64,000 bases of DNA from Podarcis cretensis. Its lineage: Eukaryota. This document shows positions 26,168 through 39,384 of the stretch, piece after piece. The translations under genes were made by a program, and so were the position numbers. The notes below the pieces were generated by a model that had not been told where the DNA came from, did not search any database, and saw only the letters and a program-made list of their open reading frames with translations. The DNA lies in contig OX638154.1 of the NCBI GenBank assembly GCA_951804945.1, positions 47,244,001-47,308,000 of the forward strand, written 5' to 3'. Within the stretch, counting starts at the first letter, position 1; each line of letters begins with the position of its first letter.

Positions 26168-26992
26168 TGTCAGGGGCTCAGGAGCAGAGGCACAGGGGAG
26201 AGAGGAAATGGAGAGCGAAGGGGAAGAATCTGAGGGCAGCGTAGGGGAGTATGAGAGTGGCCCGAGAGATTCCATAAGCTTCTCCAGCGAATCAGAAGAT
26301 TCCCAGAGGGGGGCGCCGACGGCCAGGGCAAGGGGAGTCCCAGGGGGGACACACCAGAAGCAAGGGGCCAGCGGGGACTCCCAAAGCAGCAGCGAGAGAT
26401 CAGGACCAGCTCCTCCACCAGAGCGTAGTGGAGGGGAAGAATCTCATGTATCAGGACCAGCTTCTCCTCCAGCAGGGAGAGAAGATGAATCAGGGCTGGC
26501 CACGCCTCCATCGCAGAGTGAGGGAACGGAGGGGAAGTCAGGTCCAGCTAGCCTCTCTGAAGGGGGAAGCAGTGACAGGAGCAGTGTAACGGTTAGGAGG
26601 AAGGTTGCCGGCTGGGCGCGCGTGCCAAGTTAAAATGTACAGGCGCGGGGCACAGCAGGTAACCCGGATGGGGAACCAGGTCCTAAAGCCCGCCGGAGGG
26701 AGGGGGAAGACTCAGGGGACTCAGCGTCAGAAGAGTCTAGAAAGGGTAAGACCCCAGCAGACAGGCGGACCCAGAGGAGGAAAGAGCAAAGGAAGAGGTG
26801 GAGCAAGGCTAGAGTCTTAAACTGGTGTCTGGGGGGTGGAGATTCAGACGGAGCTTCAGCGGTCTAGGGTTTAAGACGTAGGGCTGCACGCCGCGGCTTT
26901 GAAATCGAAACTGCGTTTCAATAAACACTTTTGTATATAACAACGGACTGGCGTTGGTCCTTTGTGAGCTGGGACCTCGGGCAGCCCTGACA
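26168..26992 (+). mobile_element. Solo LTR (825 bp) carrying a long acidic/Ser-rich reading frame
   Basis: TGTCAGGG...CCCTGACA termini; near-perfect 5-bp TSD GTAAG/GTATG; AATAAA near 26920; CpG-rich, suggesting it is young. Confidence 0.88.
26169..26867 (+). pseudogene. LTR-internal reading frame (ATG at 26208; one in-frame TAA at 26631-26633; ends TAG 26865-26867), product unknown
   Basis: VRGSGAEAQGREE-MESEGEESEGS...RVPS*NVQARG...GKTPADRRTQRRKEQRKRWSKARVLNWCLGGGDSDGASAV*, translated by hand past the single stop. Confidence 0.5.
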
Positions 26993-28392
26993 GTATGTGT
27001 TCTGGTTTTCAAACTTTTTTCAAAAGTCGAACATGCTCCGTTTTGGGTGTCACACTTCCGATATGAGAGCCACACTTCTGTTTTGAGTGTTACACCAAGG
27101 TCTGTCTGTTTTTGCTATTTATTTTGCGTTTTTGTTTTGGCGGCTCTTTTTTGTTTTGTGACTGTGTGGAACCCAGTTCAGCTACTGATTGACTGATTGT
27201 GTGACTGCAGTACATTGTTTCATTTTATGGATCAATGGTCTTGTTAGACAGTAAAATTCATGTTAAATTGCTGTTTTGGGGTTTGTTTTTAAAAGTCTGG
27301 AACGGATTAATCCATTTTGCGTTACTTTCTATGAGAAAGCGCGCCTTGATTTTGGAACAGACTTCCGGAATAGATTAAGTTTGAGAATCAAGGTGCTGCT
27401 GTACTGGATTGGCTTTGCTGGTACATTTGCACCATGCCAGTCTTGCCACCTTCTCACCCTCCTGGCGAGTAGCTGCAACTCATATGTCAGGAGGTCAGTT
27501 AAATGCCTCTGTCCCACCATACTATCAGCTGCCGATTGTAAAGGCACTTGAAAAAGAAAACTACCTACACACCTAGGGCAAAAGACACACATAAAACTGA
27601 AAGAACCAGCATTACTTAAATCCTGCAGCACCCTATCATGTTAAATAGGTAGCAAGAGCAATACCCTTCCTGGGACAGAATAAAACTCAACAATCCAGGG
27701 AGGCTCATTTGGCTGTTCTGCTGTATTTGTTTTAGGCAACCTTCATGGCAAAGGCAGCAGCAGCAAATATCAGAATCGTTGAATCCCATTATTACAGATC
27801 ATATCACAATGCAAATGAGCCACTATAGGGGAGCCTAGATTTCTTCTCTATTTGTTTTACACAAAGAAAGGCAAAAAATGTAAAAGATATCTAAGACTCA
27901 ATTATTTTTAAGATGGGGTACTTTGATATATTGTTTTAATTTTGTCACCGTGTGTGTGTGTGTGTGGAAGTGGAGAATAAAGAATATAGAGACAAATCTG
28001 GCTATGAAAGACAGGCCCAGTGTGCTTCTTAGCTTTAAATCAGACTTCCTCAACCCACAAAGTCCCTGTGTGATATTAGGCAAGTTGTAGATTTTGACCA
28101 AATAGAACCAATGGACTAGAACTCCGTGACTCAAATCCCCGTGAAGGCCTCAGTTCAAGGGAGCCATAAATATAAAAATATGGGTTAACTCTGATCCTGC
28201 TTTCGGTTCTCTTTGAAACTGCAAGAGTTTCGGGCCAGACATACTGATTTGTTTCCAAAGATGTCCTGTAGATGTCAATTATGCAGTAACATTGCACAAG
28301 CATCGCAGAACAATTACAGTGGAATAATGTGTGGACTGTCCAATATAAATTCACCACTAATGTTCTATTATTTAATTAATGTCATGTTGCAG

Positions 28393-28393
<1 letters not shown>

Positions 28394-28430
<37 letters not shown>
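28394..28430. repeat. (CA)n microsatellite; another at 34206-34243
   Basis: Direct reading of the tandem repeat. Confidence 0.95.
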
Positions 28431-28433
<3 letters not shown>

Positions 28434-29359
28434 CGCACCATCTGGTTTTAATTGTTTCTATTAAAGATTGTCTTAGTTTGCAAAAGTACATATATTGTCC
28501 CATTTTCAGATCATAGAATCCTTTCTACAGATCAGGTAGATTCGATGTGAGACTATATTGTTATAGAATGTGGATTGGGAAGAGGGGGTATCTGTAGCCT
28601 GTGGGGAATCTCAAGGTCTTGACAGAGAGACCTGGAGGGCTGCATTCAGCTCCAAGCATAAGGTTCTCCACCACTGGCATACCTAAACAGTGGGAATGGG
28701 GCAAAAATAATCAGAGCCAACTAGAGCCACATCGCTGTCAGAAACAAATGGCATATCTCATGCATACCTACTAGCTCCAACACTTTAGAAAGTCTTTCCA
28801 CACCATTCAGTATCTGACACCAAATTCCTGCTTTCAGTTTTCCCTCCCTCATGATGGTGCCTGAGTTAAGATGTTTATGGTTCTGAATGGTAGGGCCAAC
28901 CCTAAGATAAAAACAAAATAAGCACTTTTTACAACTTATGCAGTATAACACATTCCTAGCCTTCTGGCACAGCAGTCTTAGGAAGGTCTTTAGGGCAGTT
29001 GGAAAGGGAAGGGAAAGGAAAGGTGACGCATTTAGCCTACTACTATGACATGGTTTTGCTACTTGATGGAAGGTGACAGAGATGGTATTGATTTCAATTC
29101 ATACCCCACCTTTCTGCACAATGGTGTCCAAGTCAGATAAATACAAAATAAAATACACAACATATACAACACACAACATAAAATACACAAAAGGAATCCT
29201 CACTGGAATAGTTATAGACCCCAAACACACACACGCAATGTAGCTGTCTAACACTCAGTAGCAGAGTGATTCATTTATTTATGCTGGACTTGGGGTGAGG
29301 TTGGCTTGAGAACCGCTGAACCAGCCTTCTGCTGGTTGCAGAACATGTGGTTGGACAGG

Positions 29360-29610
29360 AAGAAGAAGAAGAGTTTGGATTTGATATCCCGCTTTATCAC
29401 TACCCGAAGGAGTCTCAAAGCGGCTAACATTCTCCTTTCCCTTCCTCCACCACAACAAACACTCTGTGAGGTGAGGGGGGGCTGAGAGACTTCAGAGAAG
29501 TGTGACTGGCCCAAGGTCACCCAGCAGCTGCATGTGGAGGAGCAGAGACGCGAACCTGGTTCCCCAGATTACGAGACTACCGCTCTTAACCACTACACCA
29601 CACTGGCTCT
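29360..29610 (-). mobile_element. Young tRNA-derived SINE with (CTT)n tail (Squam3B-like)
   Basis: Minus strand: agagccagtgtggtgtagtggttaagagc (A box), ggttcgcgtc (B-box-like), gctgggtgaccttgggccagtcac CORE-like block, gatatcaaatccaaactcttcttcttc tail. Family name from memory. Confidence 0.85.
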
Positions 29611-30719
29611 CACCAGGAGACATGCTGGTGGGGTCACCGCTAGTATTGACCAGTAGAAAGCCCCAAAGGAGGGTGTGACAGCTGAAGGTGAGCCAGCTGG
29701 GCAGGACCCACTGGATCCTGAGCCAGTTACACTGCCATCTCTAGAGTTGGTACAAGGATTTGGCCTGATCATCTCCCCATCCCAACACTTTCGACCACGG
29801 CCATTGTAAGCCCCACCACTTTGCAATGCCCCACCCACAGGAAGTGGTGGTTTGGATTATGCCATTCCTTATTCTGGCTATTTCTTCTTGTTGCTGAACA
29901 TAAACAAAATCAAAACTGAACTTGTATGTGATTCAAGTTCCAGACTCCCTCCCTTCAAATGCACACCGCACTTATTAAAAAGAAAAAGGGAGCGGGATTC
30001 TCCTATGAAAACAAAGATGCATTTCTTCTTCTCCGTCCCTCCCCATTCCAATATGTTGTTGGCTTCTAAAAACTGACAGTTCTCTTTTTGCTTCCTTCAA
30101 CTAGCTAAGCTCAAAATGAATTTCCGATGCTCAAATAACCTAAACAGATTTTTTGCTCTCACGGCAACACCATAAGTTCCCATGGCAATGAAGGAACATT
30201 TTCGCTGTTCTAATATGCACATTCTATATATTAGGCTGGCAAGCGTGAATAAATTCCAGGACAGGAACGCCCAGGTAGCCTGCAGGTTCAGTCTACAGAA
30301 ACTTGGCAAAACATTAGCTAAAGCTATTATGAGGTAGTGGACATTTTAGATAGGGAAGGAAATGGCAAGTAGTAAATTTTAGAGATCCCTGCTGGATTAG
30401 CAATATAATGCTGCCTGTTGGAGCCGTGAATGTTCCTACCTTACAAAAGATGGAGAGTACATGCAAGTTTAAGGTGGCCAGCAGACTACATTGGGGGGGG
30501 GGGATAGGAAGGGATACCTGGGATATGCATCCCTTACTTTAGAAGGTAACAGATTATGTATTTCAGTTATTCATATGCCACTCACTCACCAAAGTTTATA
30601 AATGGGGTACATAGAAATTACGAAAAGCATACTGTTGATAAAATCAATTAACATTAATCATAAAACTGAAAATCTCCTTAAAATTCTGCCTAGGATAGTA
30701 AGGCATTTGTCAAGTACCT

Positions 30720-31300
30720 GAAGGTCAACATGACATTCAACTGGGCCTGTCTGACATTCAGCTTGTCTGACTTTCAGCTTGGTCTGTCAGCCAAGAGGGT
30801 GTTCCACAGATTCAAGCCCACAATACTGAATGCACAACTTCTGGTGGATGTGGGGCCACACATCTGAGCCATGGGGGACCACGTACAGAGAATCCTCTCA
30901 AGATCTCAGTGATAAGGCGTAGATATAAGGCAGTCCTTAAAGCAGGCATAGGCAAACTCGGCCCTCCAGATGTTTTGACTAGAATTTCCATCATCCCTGA
31001 CCACTGGTCCTGTTAGCTAGGAATGATGGGGGTTGTAGTCCCAAAACATCTGCAGGGCCAGTTTGCCTATACCTGCCTTAAAGTACCCTGGACCCAAGTT
31101 GTTAAAGGCCTTGTAAATCCATACAAGAACACTGAACTTGGCCTAGTGGCTTTGAAGTACTATGTGCTGGCAATAGTCTGTCCCCATCAACAATCTAGCC
31201 ACAGCATTTTGCACTAGCTGGTGCTTCTGGACCAGGACCACATAAAGCATGCTGCAATAATCAAATTGTGTTTACCAGCGCATGAATCACTGTGGCCAGC
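30720..31300 (-). mobile_element. Old L2 fragment interrupted by a hAT MITE
   Basis: gttccacaga...agatataaggcagtccttaaag[MITE]taccctggacccaagttgttaaaggccttgtaa...cagcattttgcactagctg is the reverse of L2 ORF2 motifs. Confidence 0.7.
30943..31075. mobile_element. hAT-type MITE with 8-bp TSD
   Basis: caggcataggcaaact...agtttgcctatacctg inverted termini flanked by CCTTAAAG (30935-30942 / 31076-31083). Confidence 0.92.
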
Positions 31301-31354
31301 AGTTGGCTTTGTAGGTCCCCTCAACCTTCTGCAATCCAGGATTTTTGCCCCAAT

Positions 31355-31573
31355 CCAGTGGTATCTCTGGTTAAGAACTTAATTCGTTTCGAATGTCCGT
31401 TCAAAACCTGAAACTGTTCTTAACCTGAGGTACCACTTTAGCTAATGGGGCCTCCCGCTGCCGCGCCTCATCCTGAGGTAAAGTTCTTAACCCGAGGTAC
31501 AACTTCCAGGTTAGCAGAGTCTGTAAGCTGAAGCGTTTGTAACCTGAAGCGCTTGTAATCCAAGGTACCACTG
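31355..31573. mobile_element. Tc1/mariner-type MITE
   Basis: cagtggtatctctggttaag...ttgtaatccaaggtaccactg|ta; related to 46619-47765. Confidence 0.8.
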
Positions 31574-31839
31574 TAATTATGCTCATCATGCTCTTTGACA
31601 CAGTACAAGGTATCAGGACACACATCTGCTGTGGATACAGTACGGCAGCTTTCTGTGGCAAAGGATCTTTGATCAGTCCTACTTTTGTTGCCAACTTCAG
31701 GTCTGAACTGTAACTTGCAGATGGGGAAGCTGGCATGAAATGTTTTTGAGGGCCAGCCGCTGCCATCTATTCCACAATGCTCTTTCCTAGGCCTGCGCAA
31801 CTTACAACGAAGCCAAATGCAGGAGCGCAAGGGGACGCT

Positions 31840-31995
31840 TTATCCTGAGGCAGACCATAAGTCCATGTCGCTTGTATTGTCAAACTTAAATGTCAGATTC
31901 CGTACAAGGTTTCAGTCAGGGGGCATTCCCAGTTCTATCTGGAGATGCTGGGGACTGAACCGGGGACTTTCCGCAAGCAACGCAGATGCTCTGCC
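31840..31995 (-). mobile_element. Degraded Squam2-like SINE
   Basis: Minus strand gcagagcatctgcgttgcttgcggaaagtccccggttcagtccccagcatctccagatagaactgggaatg is a tRNA-derived head plus body. Confidence 0.6.
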
Positions 31996-34201
31996 CTTCC
32001 CCATCAATCAGGTGGCCAAGCAAAAGCACATAATATTTTCATTTTGCAGTCCAGGATAGAAGAATGGGGGTGAAGCTCTACAAGCCACAGTACAAGACAC
32101 GCTGACTGATTTGGCTTGATGGCTTGCAAGATCTCTGAACTTGGTCCTTGCTGTCCTCCTGGACATTATAAAATCATGTTGGAGAATCTCTTGTCAGAGT
32201 CATATTTCATCCGCAAATGTTTAATTAAGGGACTGTGAGACCCTTATGCCCACCCACTGGCTTCAGGACCTTAACCTTAAATTAAATTCAGCCTCTGCCT
32301 ATGAGTTTTGCATCTTGTCATCAGCAAAAGTCAGTGTAAAAAGTGTCAGTTGAAGATGGAAGATGCTGGCAGTAACAGATGTGGGGCTTGCCACTGCAAT
32401 ATTTTTTAAGCAGTTTTCGGACGGTTACTGATGATGCTCTTGATGTTATGCTGTTGTTTCCTGGTAATTACAATCTCAGTTGTAAGCTGCCATGGATATT
32501 TCATAGAAAGGCAGGTTATAAATCCTGCTAATAAATAAACCATAAATATTTCTAGCTGGAGCTCTACATAGTGACAGCACTGGGCAGTCATAGAGCTACA
32601 TTCCAGAAAGCAAAAGTCAAAGATCTGGACAAAATAACTATGTTTGACCAAGTCATTTTTGCAGTTGTCATAGGGGCAAGACAAAAATGCTCCACAAACA
32701 ATGGTATAAACTTCAGGGGTGGGTGAATGCTTATAAACTGGAGGATGGGTGCTCTTGCCTTTAAATATTAGGTGGATGAAAAATCTTTTTTCCTTTCCTT
32801 TCCTTTCCATTTCCAAGCTTTTTAGATGGTGTTCCCCATGATACACGATTTCACATATACTTGTGGTACCCAGGAACGTAAACCTACATAAGTGGGGAGA
32901 TGCCTGTACTGTTGATGGGATGTTATTCTATGGGATGTTAAAATCACCCCATAGAATTGGAGCAAATGGTGCTCTGCTCACATTCACTGACTGAACTGTC
33001 ACCACAGTAAAGTCACAATTTTATCCTCAAAATATTTTGCAAACTCATCAGTGTTGGTTTAAACTCACTGCGCTGGCTCATAGCCACTGTGAGTTTTCCA
33101 GCACTTACATCCAGCCATCTCCCAATTTGCAAGTTGTAGAACTGACAGCTCCTGGCAACATGATAGCATTAGCAATTTCTGCATCAGATCTAAGCCTCTA
33201 AGGTAGTTGCTGTTTCATACAGGCAAATCATCTCTGTATGATCCCACCCAATCAACCAAGCTCACACAGGGAAGTGTGTTGTGCAAACTGGTACCCCACA
33301 GAAAAAACACACACACTGGGGGTTAAAGCAAGCTGCTCCCCCAGTCCCAATCTTTGTCATCCTGTTCACAGGCTTTTGAGCTGAACATTCATGATTTCAA
33401 GGACTAAAACAAGTGATTACAAAATTGAAACCATAAAGAAAATCCAAAAGTTACAACCACTTAGTACATGTTCCTTTTCTCTTTATAGTTCTGGAACAAT
33501 AAAGGAAAATGACCTGGGATTCTAGTTTTTTTTGTGGAACAGGGGTCCCCAAACTGTGATGAGCTTCATTCAGGTTGTCCATGGCATGACTGTGAGGAAT
33601 ACTTATAATCTGATACGATACAATACAATAAAATAAAATACAACATAAGAAATAAATGAAGCAATAAAAATACAATTAAAACCATACAGCATCTAGCACA
33701 GTGCATTATAGTTGATACAATAGGCAGGAAAATCATCAAGTGGTTTGCCAAGAAGTTTGGTGCCCATTGCTGCAAAACTCACTTTCTATATAGATGGACA
33801 AGTTTTCAGAAAGGGCTGAGTGCCTGGCAGCTTCCATATGACACTAAATCCCTTGCCCAAAAGGGAGCTCAGCATTTGAAAAATTCAGCCCCAAAGCACT
33901 TTTCAATATCTGTTTGAGCGTTTACAAGACTGCCAGCCTAACCCCTGAAATACACCACCACAAACCAAGAATATTGCTTGGGGGAACAGTTGCCTCTAAT
34001 TGTTACAGAAGTTTAGAAAATAAGAAGCAACAAAGAAATAAAAACCGAAGATAATTAAGTACATAATTGTAAACACACAACTCCTTAATTAAGCTTTTCC
34101 TCTTTAAACCTGACAGAAACTGCTTACAAGGTGATAGCACAGGGGGGAGTTTGGCATATGGCAAGCCATCTGCAGACTGAATGCGCCTTCTATGGAAGTG
34201 G

Positions 34202-34245
<44 letters not shown>

Positions 34246-36421
34246 CTTTCCAGTACACAAAAGCATAAATTGCTTAAATGTAGTGGCACAGTGATTTGTC
34301 TTCATCCTCTGAAGAGGAATGATTTGATGCAACATCAGCCAGATAAAAGGATGTCAGAAAGAGCTAAGATGCATATTATGGTAATCTCATAGATGTTCCT
34401 CTCTTGTTGCAGCTGCACTTCACAACTTCTTTATGGAGACAAAGGAAATTAGCTTCCCCACCTTTGTTGTACTATTAATTAGACTGTGCAACTCACCGCT
34501 GGACAAGACAGATGCAGGCAATAATTTAACAAAGTTTCTTAAAAGAGCTTTGACACTTGTGAGATTATGAGCCCCATTCATTCCAAGGTTGTTGATTATT
34601 CAGGTGGGCTGTGACTGAATATCAGGCTCTCCAAGTTATCTGAGGTAAAGTGCTTCTAGCTGCTTGCGAAAAGGGAAAGGCCACATTTCACAATCAAGTG
34701 GCTTAGAAGTTGAAAAATGCTAAATAGCTAAAACAGATTAGCTGAATTAGAAGAAAGGGAAAAGGGACAGCAATGCCAGAATTCCCAAGAATATACATAG
34801 ATATGCAAATAGGTACATGGTAGAGGATAGTGCTACCTCTTCAGGTAGAAGTAAACCAGTTGAGAGGGTTGTGAACCATCCTTCACAGTAGAGTAAAGCT
34901 GTCCAGATCTCTCTTTAGCATTCAGCTCAGATACAGATCAGTGAAGATAACTTGTCTGTTGTGCCTCTGCAAAATAAACCAGTTGGAAGAAATGAGACTT
35001 CAGGACATTGATTCCTAAGCTGAATATAGCTGCCTGTTGTAGCTCAGCAAATTAATGGCACTGTTATCATAAAGATGCAGCAATAACTTTCTTATTTAGG
35101 GCATGTTCTGTATCTATAGAATTATTTCTTCTTATATTTCAGATATCCCTGTACTGAAGACACAGTTCACATCCCCAGAGATTGAAAGTATTGCTGAGAC
35201 AAATAGTGCTTCAGTTTTAAGGTGATGGATGTCCTGAATATGAGTGAGAAGAGAGGAAAGCATCGCTATTTATGACCCAGCAATGCTCCAAAGAGTTATA
35301 GAAACCCTATTTTTAGCTAAGGAATGTGACCTTTTCTATATGTTCAATGCTCCAATTCAAGACTATCAAGACTAAGAAAGGGGACAAAACCAAGGAGATG
35401 AAGAAGGAAAAGAACAAGCCGTGATCGCTCCACAGGGAGAAACTTCCTGAGCAAAGTGAATGTAGACTTTTATCTTTGAGATCTCTGGAATTTGGGGCAC
35501 AAAAATACCAGATGGTGAAGTGTTAACTCCTTTTATTCTTTGCAGTGCATGGCCAGGGAAAGACATGTTTATAACAGAACTTCATCAACTAATTTGACTA
35601 ATTCCCCTTTGTGAGGAAGCTGCAAAGAAAACAGAGGGCTTAACAGTAGAGCTGTGGCCCAGATTCAACCTAGGCCCCAATCCCAAGCCAAATTGGGCCT
35701 CTTTGAGTCAGATTCAGGCACCCCCAAACTGCTAAAAGTTCAATTGATGGCCCACAGCCTCCCAGGGCTGTCAGGCAAGAAAGAGAAGCATGATTGAGAT
35801 GAAGGCAGAGGAACCATAAAAAGGAGAGATCTACACAGTGCCTGCATTTTCATGGGAGGAGGTTTCTCAACCAGGCCTCTTTCCCCCTGTGTCTCACCTT
35901 CTTCCTGCCACTGCCAAGCCTTCCTTCCTACCTCTTCCTTCTTGTCTGATCCTGCATAGTTCGCTCCTTCATCAGCAGCTTCCTTTGCATGCAGGGAAGT
36001 TGCTTGCGGAGGAGCAGTAGCTAGCACTTTGCAGGACTGGATCCTCCCATTTAACAGCTGTGGGAGCACCTGATCCCGCACAGTCCCAGTGCACCACCAC
36101 CCCAACCTTTGTTAAACCCTACTTTAACTGTATGCTAAAATAGAGTTTTTAAACCCATAGCTCTGCCCACTAATTGCTTCAAGCACAGATCCAAGGTGGG
36201 GCAGGTGGCTCCCAGGGCAGCACAGGGTAAACTGGCCTGATCCAGAGGCCACAGGTTGGGGTGATCCATGTACAGCCGTACTATATAGCATAAGTTAAAA
36301 TGGGTCAGAGTTACACCTACTGTGTAAACTCTACATTTTATACAGTAAAGCCAAGAACTTGGGGCATGATCCAACAAAAGTTGTGTACTAAGTTTCACTC
36401 CTTTTGAAATGAATAGGATCT

Positions 36422-36892
36422 GTACATGGAACTGGCGGAAATGACTGGCAGAATCCGAGACCAGGGAGAAGAGTCGGTAGAAGAAGATTGGAAGAAATTT
36501 AAAGTTTATTTACAGAAACACTGTAAAATTAAGGAATGTTAGAGGGAGGTTGGAATGAAGCTAAGTGGTTTTAGCAATAATGTGGTTAAGGGGTACGTAA
36601 AAATGGATTGTTAACATGTAAAAATGTAAAGTTATAATATATTACAATAAAGTATCAAGATAAATGCAAAAAGGGTAAGGACTTGCTGAAACAACTATTG
36701 AACTAGAATACAAAAGAGGGAGGTGTGAGGAGGTCAGGGAAATATGTAAATGAAAGACAAGACATGGAAAGATTGAAATGTTTTTAATTGTTTTTTTACT
36801 TTTTCTGTATTTTGTACTTTTTGTTTTCTTTTTCTTTTTTTATTTTTGAATTTTTTTTTTGAAACTTTAATAAATATTATTATATAAAAAAA
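36422..36892 (+). mobile_element. 5'-truncated L1/Tx1-type LINE (ORF2 C-terminus, 3' UTR, poly-A)
   Basis: YMELAEMTGRIRDQGEESVEEDWKKFKVYLQKHCKIKEC*, T-rich 3' UTR, AATAAA plus A tail; 16-bp TSD GAAATGAATAGGATCT (36406-36421 / 36893-36908). Confidence 0.88.
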
Positions 36893-37541
36893 GAAATGAA
36901 TAGGATCTAATGTTGCTTAATTCTGCTGGATTATGGGCCATTACAAAATTATTTATAGTATGGGCCCAATGAAAGAAAGATTAAAACATGGCTGGTTGAA
37001 TAAATTCTAATTTTGAATGATTATACTGTACATGGTATTCCAAAATGACTAACTCATGTGCTCCTACAAACCTTAGAAGCCTCAAATCTGATACCTTTCA
37101 GGTATAAGGGGGAAGCAGGTTTGTCTGAATGGAATTTAATCTTGCCCACTGGGAGGTCTCACAACATTGAACTTCAGCAATAAACAACGCCAAAGTAAAG
37201 ATGAAATATGTTTGCAACTACTCTGTATTGTAACTTCAGGACCATGTGAATGAAAACACATCATTCCTGAACTTTTCACCCTGAAAAAGAGAACATAAAA
37301 TTCCCACACAAGTGATCACTACTGCAACGAGAATTTATTATGTTACCATCTCACAATGTCCCCATAACAAGGCCTTTGTGGGTATGTTACAAATGACTGG
37401 TTATACCCTTTTATCAGCCTCTTTCTACAAACTATGGTATTAACCAAGCAGACTGGTGCTAGAAATTCTGAGTTTCCACAGAAGATGCAAGTCCCTGCCA
37501 GAAATGGCCAATTTCCTAATTTAAGGTGGATGATAATATTT

Positions 37542-39384
37542 AGAATCATAGAATTATAGAGTTGGAAGAGACCACAAGGGCCATCGAGTCGAACCCCCTG
37601 CCAAGCAGGAAACACCACCAGAGCACTCCTGACATATGGTTGTCAAGCCTCTGCTTAAAGACCTCCAAAGAAGGAGACTCCACCACACACCTTGGCAGCA
37701 AATTCCACTGTCGAACAGCTCTTACTGTCAGGAAGTTCTTCCTAATGTTTAGGTGGAATCTTTTTTCTTGTAGTTTGGAACCATTGCTCCGTGTCCGCTT
37801 CTCTGGAGCAGCAGAAAACAACCTTTTTCCTCCTCTATGTGACATCCTTTTATATATTTGAACATGGCTATCATATCACCCCTTAACCTCCTCATCTCCA
37901 GGCTAAACATGCCCAGCTCCCTTAGCCGTTCTTCATAAGGCATCGTTTCCAGGCCTTTGACCATTTTGGTTGCCCTCCTCTGGACACGTTCCAGTTTGTC
38001 AGTGTCCTTCTTGAACTGTGGTGCCCAGAACTGGACACAGTACTCCAGGTGAGGTCTGACCAGAGCAGAATACAGTGGCACTATTACTTCCCTTGATCTA
38101 GATGCTATACTCCTATTGATGCAGCCCAGAATTGCATTGGCTTTTTTAGCTGCCGCGTCACACAGTTGGCTCATGTCAAGTTTGTGGTCAACCAAGACTC
38201 CTAGATCCTTTTCACATGTACTGCTCTCAAGCCAGGTGTCACCCATCTTGCATTTGTGCCTCTCATTTTTTTTGCCCAAGTGCAATACTTTACATTTCTC
38301 CCTGTTAAAATTCATCTTGTTTGTTTTGGCCCAGTTCTCTAATCTGTCAAGGTCGTTTTGAAGTGTGATCCTGTCCTCTGGGGTGTTATCCACCCCTCCC
38401 AGTTTGGTGTCATCTGCAAATTTGATCAGGATGCCCTTGAGTCCATCATCCAAGTTGTTGATAAAGATGTTGAATAAGACCGGGCCCAAGACAGAACCCT
38501 GTGGCACCCCACTAGTCACTCTTCTCCAGGATGAAGAGGAACCATTGATGAGCACCCTTTAGGTTCAGTCAGTCAGCCAGTTACAAATCCACTGAGTGGT
38601 AGCATAGTCAAGTCCGCATTTTACCAGCTTCTTTACAAGAATATCATGGGGCACCTTGTCAAATGCCTTGCTGAAATCAAGGTAGGCTACATCCACTGCG
38701 TTCCCTTCATCTACCAGGCTTGTAATTCTGTCAAAAAATGAGATCAGGTTAGTCTGACATGACTTATTTTTCAGAAATCCATGCTGACTATTCGTGATCA
38801 CAGTATTCCGGTCTAGGTGCTCACAGACTGTTTGCTTAATGATCTGCTCCAAAATCTTCCCTGGTATTGATGTCAGACTGACTGGGCAGTAATTATTTGG
38901 GTCCTCTCTTTTCCCCTTTTTGAAAATAGGGACAACATTTGCCCTCCTCCAGTCTGCCGGGACTTCGCCTGTTCTCCAGGAATTCTCAAAGATGACTGCC
39001 AGTGGTTCTGAGATCACATCTGCCAGTTCTTTTAATACTCTTGGATGCAGTTCATCTGGCCCTGGAGACCTGAATACATCTAAACTAGCCAAGTATTCTT
39101 GTACTATCTCCTTAGTTATTCTGGGTTGTGTTTCCTCTGCTGAATCATTTGCTCCAAATTCTTCAGGTCGGGCATTGTTTTCTTTATCGGAGAAGACTGA
39201 GGCAAAGAAGGCATTGAGGAGTTCAGCCCTTTCTGTGTCCCCTGTTTGCATTTCACCATCTTTTCCTCTGAGTGACCCCACTGTTTCTTTGTTCTTCCTT
39301 TTGCTATGAACATACCCATAAAAGCCTTTTTTGTTGCTTTTAACCTCTCTAGCAAGCCTGAGTTCATTCTGTGCTTTAGCTTTT
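37542..39384 (-). mobile_element. 5'-truncated CR1 LINE with the RT domain (pseudogenised)
   Basis: [86 protein letters not shown]; ATTCTATG-type 3' tail; two in-frame stops near 38560 and a frameshift near 37830. Confidence 0.97.

Larger units (their letters stand above)
26093..27401. mobile_element. Tc1/mariner(Tigger)-type non-autonomous DNA transposon, interrupted by a solo LTR
   Basis: TA|cagtggtaccttagttctcaaa ... tttgagaatcaaggtgctgctg|TA imperfect terminal inverted repeats with TA duplication. Confidence 0.85.

Noticed and set aside
29560-29610. tRNA-like A/B boxes (also 52990-53065)
   Set aside because: SINE heads, not tRNA genes: no complete cloverleaf, and they are followed by SINE body and tail.
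35143-35221. Plus-strand exon candidate (IPVLKTQFTSPEIESIAETNSASVL)
   Set aside because: Good acceptor but poor donor (GTGATG); peptide unrecognised; no partner exons found.
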